Source: an uncultured Sangeribacter sp.
GTDB taxonomy: Bacteria; Bacteroidota; Bacteroidia; Bacteroidales; Muribaculaceae
DNA length: 64,000 nt
NCBI GenBank assembly: GCA_964521885.1
Contig: CAZFUF010000007.1
Location: forward strand, 542-64,541
Direction of reading: 5' to 3'
Of the stretch, positions 1 through 7,872 are shown piece after piece; the first letter of the stretch is position 1; each line of letters begins with the position of its first letter. The notes below the pieces were generated by a model. The model ran no database searches. It was not told where the DNA came from and saw nothing but the letters and a program-made list of their open reading frames with translations. The position numbers and the translations under genes were made by a program.

Positions 1-986
1 CTTGCCTGAGAGTAGCGGGAATCTTCAGTGAGTGTGAGATCTGAACTTATGGAATCTTCCACCCATATAATAATGGGTGCGCTTGATATGCGTTTTCGTG
101 CGCGCTGGATACCGATATTCTCTATAGTGTCGTCCGATTCCCGTAGCCCTGCCGTGTCTACGAATCTGAAGAGAATTCCCCCAAGTTCTTTGGTGTCTTC
201 TATAGTGTCGCGCGTAGTCCCGGGAATTTCCGAAACGATGGCTTTATCATCTTCTATAAGTGCATTTAGAAGTGTCGATTTTCCCGCATTTGGAAGTCCT
301 GCAATCACAACTTCCACTCCTTCCTTGAAGGCAGATCCGGCTTCAAAAGTGGCTGCTAATTTATTTACAGTATTGATTATTTCGTCTGCAAGTTCGAGAA
401 GTTTTTTTCTATCTGCAAACTCTACTTCTTCTTCTGAAAAGTCAAGTTCCAGTTCCAGCAGTGAGGCAAGATTAATCAGTTTATCTCTCAACGATTCCAA
501 TCGTTCGGAAAATTTTCCACCAGCTTGATTAAGAGCCATGCGATGAGCGGCTTTGCTTGAAGCAGATATAAGATCGGCAATCCCTTCTGCCTGAGCGAGG
601 TCTATTTTACCATTCATGAAGGCACGTTGTGAGAATTCTCCTCTTCCGGCGCTTCTGGCACCACTTCTTATAAGTAAATTCACGATTGTACGTTGAATCC
701 ATTTTGATCCGTGGCATGAAATCTCAACGGTGTTTTCTCCGGTAAAAGATTTTGGTGCCAGCATTACAAGAGCAAGACATTCATCAATAATTTCTCCGGA
801 CTCGGGATCCCATATATGGCCATAGACCGCAGTATGGGTCTTAGCTGTCACAAGACTTTTACCCTTCCAAACCTTATTTACTATCTCTATTGCATGGTTA
901 CCGGAAACGCGGATAACGGCTATCCCTCCCATTCCCGGAGGGGTGGAAACCGCTACAATTGTTTCTTCTCCAATTATTTGTTCCAT
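1..986 (-). CDS. mnmE: tRNA modification GTPase MnmE; runs off the left edge, so the C-terminal part is missing
   Basis: Not in the ORF track; translated by hand from ATG at 986: MEQIIGEETIVAVSTPPGMGGIAVIRVSG...SFTGENTVEISCHGS...GEFSQRAFMNGKIDLAQAEGIADLI...GLPNAGKSTLLN...PGTTRD...DTAGLR. These are the MnmE N-domain and the G1/G2/G3 GTPase motifs. Confidence 0.97.
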   Translation of the reverse strand, partial: MEQIIGEETIVAVSTPPGMGGIAVIRVSGNHAIEIVNKVWKGKSLVTAKTHTAVYGHIWDPESGEIIDECLALVMLAPKSFTGENTVEISCHGSKWIQRTIVNLLIRSGARSAGRGEFSQRAFMNGKIDLAQAEGIADLISASSKAAHRMALNQAGGKFSERLESLRDKLINLASLLELELDFSEEEVEFADRKKLLELADEIINTVNKLAATFEAGSAFKEGVEVVIAGLPNAGKSTLLNALIEDDKAIVSEIPGTTRDTIEDTKELGGILFRFVDTAGLRESDDTIENIGIQRARKRISSAPIIIWVEDSISSDLTLTEDSRYSQA

Positions 987-1819
987 AATTTAAAAGAAGT
1001 TTTGGATTCGATCTTTTCTTCTAATTCCTCAGGAAGATTACCGAGGAAGTCGTACCCGGTGAGTTGCTCAACTTCATCGATTGTCATGGAATAATTCTGC
1101 ATATTCCCCGGAGATGACATATTGGGATAGACGAATGCAATCCCACGTGGTTCCTCCAGGTAAGGGGCTGCTATTATCTTAAAGAATGCTGAGGGCACTC
1201 TCACTTTATTCTTTCCGATCTTTTCAAGATCTCTTTTCTCATAAATCGGGCCTGCCACAATGATAAGGGCTGAATCTCTCTTTGCCCATTGTCGACATTT
1301 ATTTTCCAGAGTATTCCATGCCCCGCTATTAAGAGGATGCGCCTGAGGCGCGATGTTTGTCATGACAAAACAGTCATTCATGGCTTCGGGACTCCATTTC
1401 ATATCGGCAGCAGGACATAAATGTCCTCTGTCGTAGCCGGACTTTACATAATCTTTCGTGTCTGCGCATCCTTCCATTTCAGAGTCATGCCAGAAATTAT
1501 TTGTTCGTGATAGCTGACCTTCTGTTTCGCTCCCGAGTAGTTCCCAAGCCACCCAATTGGGCGTGTGGTTATCTTTATTGAATGATAGTTGAAAACCCGA
1601 ATATGATTTTATACGTGATGGGATTCCGGAGGGCATCTTCACTTCGAGCAATCCTTCGTAATGAGGAGTAGGAGACACTTCAACGTTGGGATTATTTGCT
1701 TTTGCAGCCTGTGAATGGCGAAGGAGAAGCAACCCTCCTAAAATAAAAATCAGAGCTACTCCGAAGCAAGCTATTGCTAATGGCCAACCTAAGGTGTTGT
1801 ATTTATTTTTGATAGACAT
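974..1819 (-). CDS. DNA/RNA non-specific endonuclease (NucA/EndoG beta-beta-alpha-Me family) with N-terminal membrane anchor
   Basis: DRGHLCPAAD motif, MTNIAPQ, LNSGAWNTLE and VPSAFFKII; hydrophobic N-terminal segment. Confidence 0.92.
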   Translation of the reverse strand: MSIKNKYNTLGWPLAIACFGVALIFILGGLLLLRHSQAAKANNPNVEVSPTPHYEGLLEVKMPSGIPSRIKSYSGFQLSFNKDNHTPNWVAWELLGSETEGQLSRTNNFWHDSEMEGCADTKDYVKSGYDRGHLCPAADMKWSPEAMNDCFVMTNIAPQAHPLNSGAWNTLENKCRQWAKRDSALIIVAGPIYEKRDLEKIGKNKVRVPSAFFKIIAAPYLEEPRGIAFVYPNMSSPGNMQNYSMTIDEVEQLTGYDFLGNLPEELEEKIESKTSFKLWNK

Positions 1820-2044
1820 ATATCCGTGATTTGAATCTTTCGTAAAAGTACTAATTTAATGCAATATTTGCAAATTGAATTTTGTTCCCATGCATGGTCA
1901 GGTCAGTTACAATTCCAGTTTAAAAGTGATGGGGTCAGCGGTTTTAAGAAAGACTTATAGTCTGGCGTTCATACAAATTTTCATATCCGCATAACAAAAC
2001 CATAGGAATTATTGTTATATTAATGATTTTTCACTTAAGCTATT

Positions 2045-2788
2045 ATGAAAATATTAAAAAACACCATAATGGGCGGACTGATAATCGCCCTTTCTACCTG
2101 TTCAATTTCATCATGTACGGCTAATGCTTCGCGTTCGGAGCAACATCCTGAGGTACCCGGAAAAACCGAATCAGTCAAGGAACCGGCTATTAATAAGAAG
2201 GAAACTATTAAGAAAGTGATGATAATAGGAGATTCCATGACAGGGTGGCTTGCTGAGCGCCTGAATGCTTACGGACAAAAAAACGGATTTGAAGTTGCCA
2301 CAATCGTATGGGATGGATCTACCATAAGCAAATGGGGCAATTCGTCTCAATTGGCAAGTTTGATTAAAAAGCAAAATCCGGATGCCGTGATGGTTTGTCT
2401 GGGGCTTAACGAATTATTTGAAAAGAATCCTGAGTCCCGTCTCAAAGGCGCGTATAATGAAATCATGAAAGCAATTGGAGATAGGGACGTACTATGGATC
2501 GGTCCCCCTTCGTGGCCCGGACATTCGGAAGGGAAAGTCATGATTGATTGGCTTTCAAAACAGTTGGGTGATGGGAATTATTTTAATTCATATAATCTTT
2601 CGCTCCCTCGACAAAGTAAGACTAATCCCCATCCTTCACGCACAGGAATTATAAAGTGGATGGATGAAATAGTGCAATGGATTCCCGAACATAGCAATTT
2701 GAATTTTCAAAGTCTTGATAAACCCGGACCAACAGATATGTCCCGGGGCAAGTACTTCCTATATAAACGTATGAAAGAGACATTGTAA
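2045..2788 (+). CDS. SGNH/GDSL-like hydrolase or acyltransferase, probable lipoprotein
   Basis: IGDSMT block I, LGLNE block III, C-terminal NPHP; signal peptide with a Cys (SSC). Confidence 0.7.
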   Translation: MKILKNTIMGGLIIALSTCSISSCTANASRSEQHPEVPGKTESVKEPAINKKETIKKVMIIGDSMTGWLAERLNAYGQKNGFEVATIVWDGSTISKWGNSSQLASLIKKQNPDAVMVCLGLNELFEKNPESRLKGAYNEIMKAIGDRDVLWIGPPSWPGHSEGKVMIDWLSKQLGDGNYFNSYNLSLPRQSKTNPHPSRTGIIKWMDEIVQWIPEHSNLNFQSLDKPGPTDMSRGKYFLYKRMKETL

Positions 2789-2841
2789 TCCTTGGGCTAA
2801 GAAGGTCTTAACCTAAGTGAAGATCCGTATTCAAATCTGCA

Positions 2842-4512
2842 TTAACGCGTATAGAGGAAACGTTTTATTGATCGTTTTGGAGTCTTTTCAAATTCATTAG
2901 GCATGGGGATGATGGCTGTAAGATGTTCGTAAGGAGCAACGATCTTGTTAAGCTCTTTGCGGATATTCTCCATGGTGTTCTCCAACTCACTTGTGTTGAG
3001 CCCCAGCCTATCGAGAGCATCGTAATCCGGGTAAACCAATCCCACGAGTTTGCCGTCGCGATCTACAACGAGACTTTCTGCCACAAATGGCATATTATTA
3101 AGTTTAGCTTCGATCTCCTCGGGATAAATATTTTGACCGGATGCAGATAGAATCATGGTTTTTGATCTCCCCCGCAAGAACAGGGTTTCCTCATCGTCCA
3201 TGGTTCCCATGTCGCCGGTGTGAAGCCAACCATCCTTATCCAGTACAGCGGCAGTCGCGTCAGGATTTTTATAATAACCTTTCATTACGTTTGTGCCGCG
3301 GATACAAATCTCTCCAGGTATGTTTTGAGGATCATCGGAATTTATTTTAGCCTCCATTATAGGTAACACTTTTCCGCTGCTTCCCGGTTTGAATTCACGC
3401 CACGGAGTATATGAGATAAGCGGACCACATTCAGTCATTCCATACCCCACGGTAAACGGGAATTTGATCTTATAAAGGAAATCTTCCACCTCATGGTTCA
3501 GAGGTGCGCCACCTACGATTACCTCCTCAAATTCTCCTCCGAATGCATCTATCAATTTCTTACGGATTTTGGCATAGACGATCGAATCAAGGAATGGCAC
3601 TGCCAGTGTCCATCGCATAGTGCCTTTTGAAATGAGTGGCAATATTTGGTTCTTATATATTTTTTCAAGAATAAGAGGTACACAAATCACAAGGTTTGGC
3701 TTCACTTCCGCCATGGCTTTAAGAAGAACACGTGGGGAAGGAGTTTTACACAGCAATGTAATGTGTGAACCTGCAGCAAGAGGTGTCAACATATCAAATG
3801 CGCAACCGTATGCGTGCGCCAGAGGCAAGAATGCCAATGCCCGTGAGGATCTGAAATGAAGCACCGTGTCCAACCCGAAACATACGTTCCCGGCAAGATT
3901 CTCACCTGTTAGCATCACACCTTTAGAAAATCCTGTAGTGCCTGATGTATAATTGATTTCAGCGACTTCAGAATTAGCCCTGTCTATATAATGCACATCC
4001 GAAGCATGGAAACCGTCCGGATATTTACGGCGGAAACGGCGGCGTAATAGTGATATATCCCTTCTTATCTCCACATCTGGACGTTCATAGAGCAACTCGC
4101 GATTCTCAAGAGAGATTACCCCCTTGACGTTTAGGAGTGATTCCGGTTCTATATGCTCCCAGATGTGATCCGACACAATAAAAAGATCTGCCTCACTATG
4201 ATTTACGATGTGGGCGATATCAATCGGATTAAATTCAGGCAGGATCGGTACTATAATAGCTCCGTAAGTCACGGTTGCCATATATATTCTCACCCATGAG
4301 ATAGAATCTTTGCCACAAACGGCCACTCTGTCGCCTGGTTTTAATCCGAAGCTGGAATAAAACAGATGTATAAGGGCAATTTCCCCTGCCAGATCTCCGT
4401 AGGTGATGGTTTTCTTTGTTGGATAATCGGTCAGTGCCGGGAGATCCCAATTTTCAATAAAACTCTTTTCATAGAGTTTAATGAAATTAGTGACTTTGAT
4501 TCTGTCAGACAT
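2842..4512 (-). CDS. Long-chain fatty acid-CoA ligase (AMP-binding family)
   Basis: YTSGTTGFSKGV P-loop, GYGMTE, WLHTGD and GQNIYPEEIE. Confidence 0.92.
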   Translation of the reverse strand: MSDRIKVTNFIKLYEKSFIENWDLPALTDYPTKKTITYGDLAGEIALIHLFYSSFGLKPGDRVAVCGKDSISWVRIYMATVTYGAIIVPILPEFNPIDIAHIVNHSEADLFIVSDHIWEHIEPESLLNVKGVISLENRELLYERPDVEIRRDISLLRRRFRRKYPDGFHASDVHYIDRANSEVAEINYTSGTTGFSKGVMLTGENLAGNVCFGLDTVLHFRSSRALAFLPLAHAYGCAFDMLTPLAAGSHITLLCKTPSPRVLLKAMAEVKPNLVICVPLILEKIYKNQILPLISKGTMRWTLAVPFLDSIVYAKIRKKLIDAFGGEFEEVIVGGAPLNHEVEDFLYKIKFPFTVGYGMTECGPLISYTPWREFKPGSSGKVLPIMEAKINSDDPQNIPGEICIRGTNVMKGYYKNPDATAAVLDKDGWLHTGDMGTMDDEETLFLRGRSKTMILSASGQNIYPEEIEAKLNNMPFVAESLVVDRDGKLVGLVYPDYDALDRLGLNTSELENTMENIRKELNKIVAPYEHLTAIIPMPNEFEKTPKRSIKRFLYTR

Positions 4513-4577
4513 AAGTGGAATTTTTAATGTGAAAGATGCAGTATAAAGGTGCTGACTTAGGGGTAAAGGATATGGGA

Positions 4578-4970
4578 TTATCCCAGTTCTGCGACGATAG
4601 CATCTCGAATTTGCGCCATCTTTGCCGGATCCGGATTGTCGATTTTGTGTTTGAAGTCCATATCACCCTCCTTCTGTAGCGGAACGAGATGAATATGCGC
4701 ATGAGGCACTTCCAGACCGAGCACTGTCACACCGACCTTTCTGCAGTTGAATGCGCGTTTGATTCCTCCGGCCACATTCTTGGCGAACGCCATCATCTCC
4801 CCGAGATCTTCATCGCTGAGGTCGAAAATATAATCGGTCTCCTTTTTGGGGACAACGAGCGTGTGTCCCCAGTTCACCGGATTGATATCAAGAAAAGCGA
4901 AAAACTTGTCGTTTTCGGCAATTTTATAGCAAGGAATTTCACCTGCGATGATTTTTGAAAAAATTGTCAT
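4578..4970 (-). CDS. HIT family nucleotide hydrolase
   Basis: IFSKIIAGEIP N-terminus, FLDINP and the VPHAHIHL histidine triad. Confidence 0.95.
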   Translation of the reverse strand: MTIFSKIIAGEIPCYKIAENDKFFAFLDINPVNWGHTLVVPKKETDYIFDLSDEDLGEMMAFAKNVAGGIKRAFNCRKVGVTVLGLEVPHAHIHLVPLQKEGDMDFKHKIDNPDPAKMAQIRDAIVAELG

Positions 4971-4975
4971 GATGA

Positions 4976-5440
4976 TTAGATTTCAATTTTTACAATCTCA
5001 AAATTAATAGTACCGGCCGGAGCCTTCACTTCTACGGTGTCGCCGACTTTATGTCCTATAAGCGCCTGAGCTATAGGGGTATTGGAAGCAATTTTGTGTT
5101 CACGAAGATTTGCTTCGCTTTCGGTGACGATGGTATATTTCATTTCCATCCCGTTCGCCTTATTGCGGATGGTGACTGTGTTTAGCAATTGCACTTCATC
5201 AGTATTGAGCTTGCTGTCATCAATGATGCGTGATGAAGCTATCAGCTCCTTTAATTTGGAAATTTTCATTTCCAACATTCCTTGTGCCTCTTTAGCGGCA
5301 TCATATTCTGCATTTTCTGAAAGGTCTCCTTTGTCGCGTGCTTCTGCGATGGCATGTTTGATGGCAGGACGTTGAGCTTCGAGCTCTGCAAGTTCCTTCA
5401 TCTTTTTGTCATAACCCTCTTGGGTGAGATAAGTAGCCAT
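4976..5440 (-). CDS. greA: Transcription elongation factor GreA
   Basis: EARDKGDLSENAEYDAA motif and the C-terminal SPIA-like motif (NTPIAQALIG). Confidence 0.97.
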   Translation of the reverse strand: MATYLTQEGYDKKMKELAELEAQRPAIKHAIAEARDKGDLSENAEYDAAKEAQGMLEMKISKLKELIASSRIIDDSKLNTDEVQLLNTVTIRNKANGMEMKYTIVTESEANLREHKIASNTPIAQALIGHKVGDTVEVKAPAGTINFEIVKIEI

Positions 5441-5687
5441 AATATAATAGAATTTAAAGAGTCAGATCAGTATGTTTAACTGAGCGACCAATTGGTTAAT
5501 AATCAGATTAAAAGTAAAAAAATAAGGAATCCTTCGCCGTTGCCTTTTGGAGAAATTGAGAAATGAACTCTCGCAGAAGACGTAAGTAAAAGATCCTTTG
5601 CGACTTAATAAGCCACTAATATTGTGTGATTCTCTGAGAATGCGTTTGATTAAAATCAAACTTTACAGGAATCCGTTTATTTGACTG

Positions 5688-5719
5688 CAAATGTAATCAT
5701 AATAATTGAGATAGGCAAA
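5688..5719 (-). promoter_or_regulatory. Bacteroidota primary-sigma promoter for greA
   Basis: On the minus strand: TTTG (5719-5716), a 20-nt spacer, then TACATTTG (5695-5688). This matches the -33 TTTG / -7 TAnnTTTG consensus. Confidence 0.75.
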
Positions 5720-5739
5720 TATTGAATCCTTTTTAAGTT

Positions 5740-5766
5740 AGAGCCCGTCTCATAAAAACTTGAGAG
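5740..5766. repeat. Partial copy of the CGTCTC-core palindrome family
   Basis: AGAGCCCGTCTCATAAAAACTTGAGA: the left arm matches the 40940 copy and the right arm is truncated. Confidence 0.65.
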
Positions 5767-6009
5767 TCCCTGGGGTGGCTTGATTGGAGTGATTTTTGGC
5801 TTTTGAGTGATTGAGCATAGCGGGCTATGTGATTGAACCAAAAGCCGAAAAGCGCCCGAGCAAGCGAATACTATGGGTAATTTTTATATTAGGTAGATTC
5901 CAAAGCATTACTGCGGGCGCCTCTCTTTCTTTAAGAAAGGGGGAGTATTTTGTTTCTATGGAAACAATTTATATTATTTTGGAGAAATATTTTAGGCGTT
6001 TCCATGCTT

Positions 6010-7572
6010 TCAGAGTTTAACCATCCGTGGTGAAGATTCCCGGTTCATCCTGTCGAGCGCCGTCACCACAAAAGTGACACCTTTTAAGTCATCTCGTGCC
6101 GAAGCTTCATCAATCAGGATTTTATTAAGAGATGACACCGAGATGATGGCTTGTGGATCTGAAAGGGTGGTGGTGTCTTCTCCCGGAAACAGCTCGTATA
6201 CTACAAATTTCACTGCGTCTGTGGCTTGTGGTTTTCCGGAAAGTTCAGGTATATCCCAAGTCAGCATAAGATTTCCACCTTCAGTGATGATGCGGGGATT
6301 CTCCACGGGTCTCGGTTTTATCTTTTCATCTCCATAAGTAGGGGGAAGAGCGATGGTAGATTGATATTTAAGAGCTAACGAGTCGGCAACACCTTTATAA
6401 TTGTCAGTGACCCAATATCCGTGCCACCAGATATTCCCCTTCACATTAGGTAAGGATCTTGATAGTCTGACTTTGGTATCCAATTCATTTTTGTCATGAT
6501 TACCAGGATCCGGGGTTGACATGGTACGTTGTACATCCTGCCCGATGTAGACATCCACACCTTCGCTGTGTTTGGACCACCACTCTGCGAGATGACGCGA
6601 AGGGGCAGCTTTCATATCCAGTGTCCAATATAATTGAGGAGCGAGATAATCCACCCAACCATTTTTAGCCCACAGAAGAACATCGGCATAAAGATCATCG
6701 TAATTTTGGAGCCCCGAGCTATTGCTCCCCCGGGGATCATTGGTTTTATTTCTCCATATTCCGAATGGACTTATTCCAAATCTAACCCAAGGTTTAGTTG
6801 TCTTGATTGTAGAATATAATTGCTCGATAAGTAAATCCACATTATGTCTGCGCCAATCATTTCGATTTTTCCCTTCGCCGAATTTTGCATAGCTAAGGTC
6901 GTCCGCGTTGAATTTTTTACCATTTGCGGGATAAGGGTAAAAATAGTCATCGATATGAATGGCATCCACATCGTAACGGGTAAGAATATCTTTCACTACT
7001 TCACAAATAAAGTCCCTGTTTTCTTGATATGCCGGATCAAAAAAAATTTGACCATTAAAATTGACAAACCTGTGGGGCTCTTTTTTCGAAAGATGGTCAG
7101 GGGGCAGAATTTCTTTGACGGTGGAAGTCACGCGGTATGGATTGAGCCATGCATGAAATTCCAATCCTCGTTTATGAGCTTCTTCAATAGCATATTCCAT
7201 TGGATCCCACATCGGCTGAGGAGCTTTCCCGCGTTTTCCGGTGAGCCAATAAGACCAAGGTTCAAGATCAGATTTATAGACTGCATCTGCCATAGGGCGC
7301 ACTTGAAATATCACTGCGTTGCAGCCGGCATTTTGCAATTTATCAAATTGGTTCCGGATATACGCTTTTTGTGCCTCAGTGCTTTTGTTCATCCATTGTG
7401 ACTGACCGATTACATGGAGCCACGCACCGCGGAATTCCCTCTTTGGATTCCCTTGCTCAGCTCCATTGAGGGATAAAGTCGCTACCAATAACAAAGAAAA
7501 TCCAATCAGGAATGTTCTTAAACGAGGTAAAGAAAAAATGTTTATGAAGGTATGCCAAAATGAACTATACAT
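6010..7572 (-). CDS. Glycoside hydrolase-like family 10 (UPF0748 / YddW-DigH-like) protein
   Basis: REFRGAWL, FQVRPMADA, EFHAWLNPYR, IHIDDYFYPY, FGISPFGIW and DYLAPQLYW; signal peptide. Confidence 0.88.
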   Translation of the reverse strand: MYSSFWHTFINIFSLPRLRTFLIGFSLLLVATLSLNGAEQGNPKREFRGAWLHVIGQSQWMNKSTEAQKAYIRNQFDKLQNAGCNAVIFQVRPMADAVYKSDLEPWSYWLTGKRGKAPQPMWDPMEYAIEEAHKRGLEFHAWLNPYRVTSTVKEILPPDHLSKKEPHRFVNFNGQIFFDPAYQENRDFICEVVKDILTRYDVDAIHIDDYFYPYPANGKKFNADDLSYAKFGEGKNRNDWRRHNVDLLIEQLYSTIKTTKPWVRFGISPFGIWRNKTNDPRGSNSSGLQNYDDLYADVLLWAKNGWVDYLAPQLYWTLDMKAAPSRHLAEWWSKHSEGVDVYIGQDVQRTMSTPDPGNHDKNELDTKVRLSRSLPNVKGNIWWHGYWVTDNYKGVADSLALKYQSTIALPPTYGDEKIKPRPVENPRIITEGGNLMLTWDIPELSGKPQATDAVKFVVYELFPGEDTTTLSDPQAIISVSSLNKILIDEASARDDLKGVTFVVTALDRMNRESSPRMVKL

Positions 7573-7710
7573 GTGAAGATTTTATCAATATGGAGGATTT
7601 TTCTCCCGAATAATAGACGATATATAATTCGGTTATGTCAAAGCAAAATTAGTCAAAAAATATCAGATAACCCTCTTTCTCCCGATATTTATGATAAATA
7701 TTTAAACCTT

Positions 7711-7742
7711 TTTGGTAACAATAACATTTATTTATAATTTTG
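7711..7742 (+). promoter_or_regulatory. Promoter for valS
   Basis: TTTG (7711-7714), 20-nt spacer, TAATTTTG (7735-7742). Confidence 0.75.
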
Positions 7743-7872
7743 CAGTTTCGAGAAGTGACAAGTATATTCGGTGTGGCATGACACGATTACTTTGCTAACG
7801 TCAGGGCACCACTGCAGTCTGTTATTTGTCACTCACGTAAAAGATGAAGTATATAAAGAATATTATCCAAAT

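Noticed and set aside
28-1094. Plus-strand ORFs 28..528 and 816..1094
   Set aside because: They are antisense shadows of mnmE, which the track missed because it runs off the window edge, and of the nuclease gene.
5811-6020. 69-aa ORF whose KRILWVIF segment faintly recalled a transposase C-terminus
   Set aside because: The similarity covers only a few residues and there are no DDE motifs. I cannot support a pseudogene call.
7771-7872. N-terminal extension of ValS in the ORF track
   Set aside because: It has a GTG start, does not resemble ValRS and lies in the likely 5' UTR; ATG 7873 fits better.
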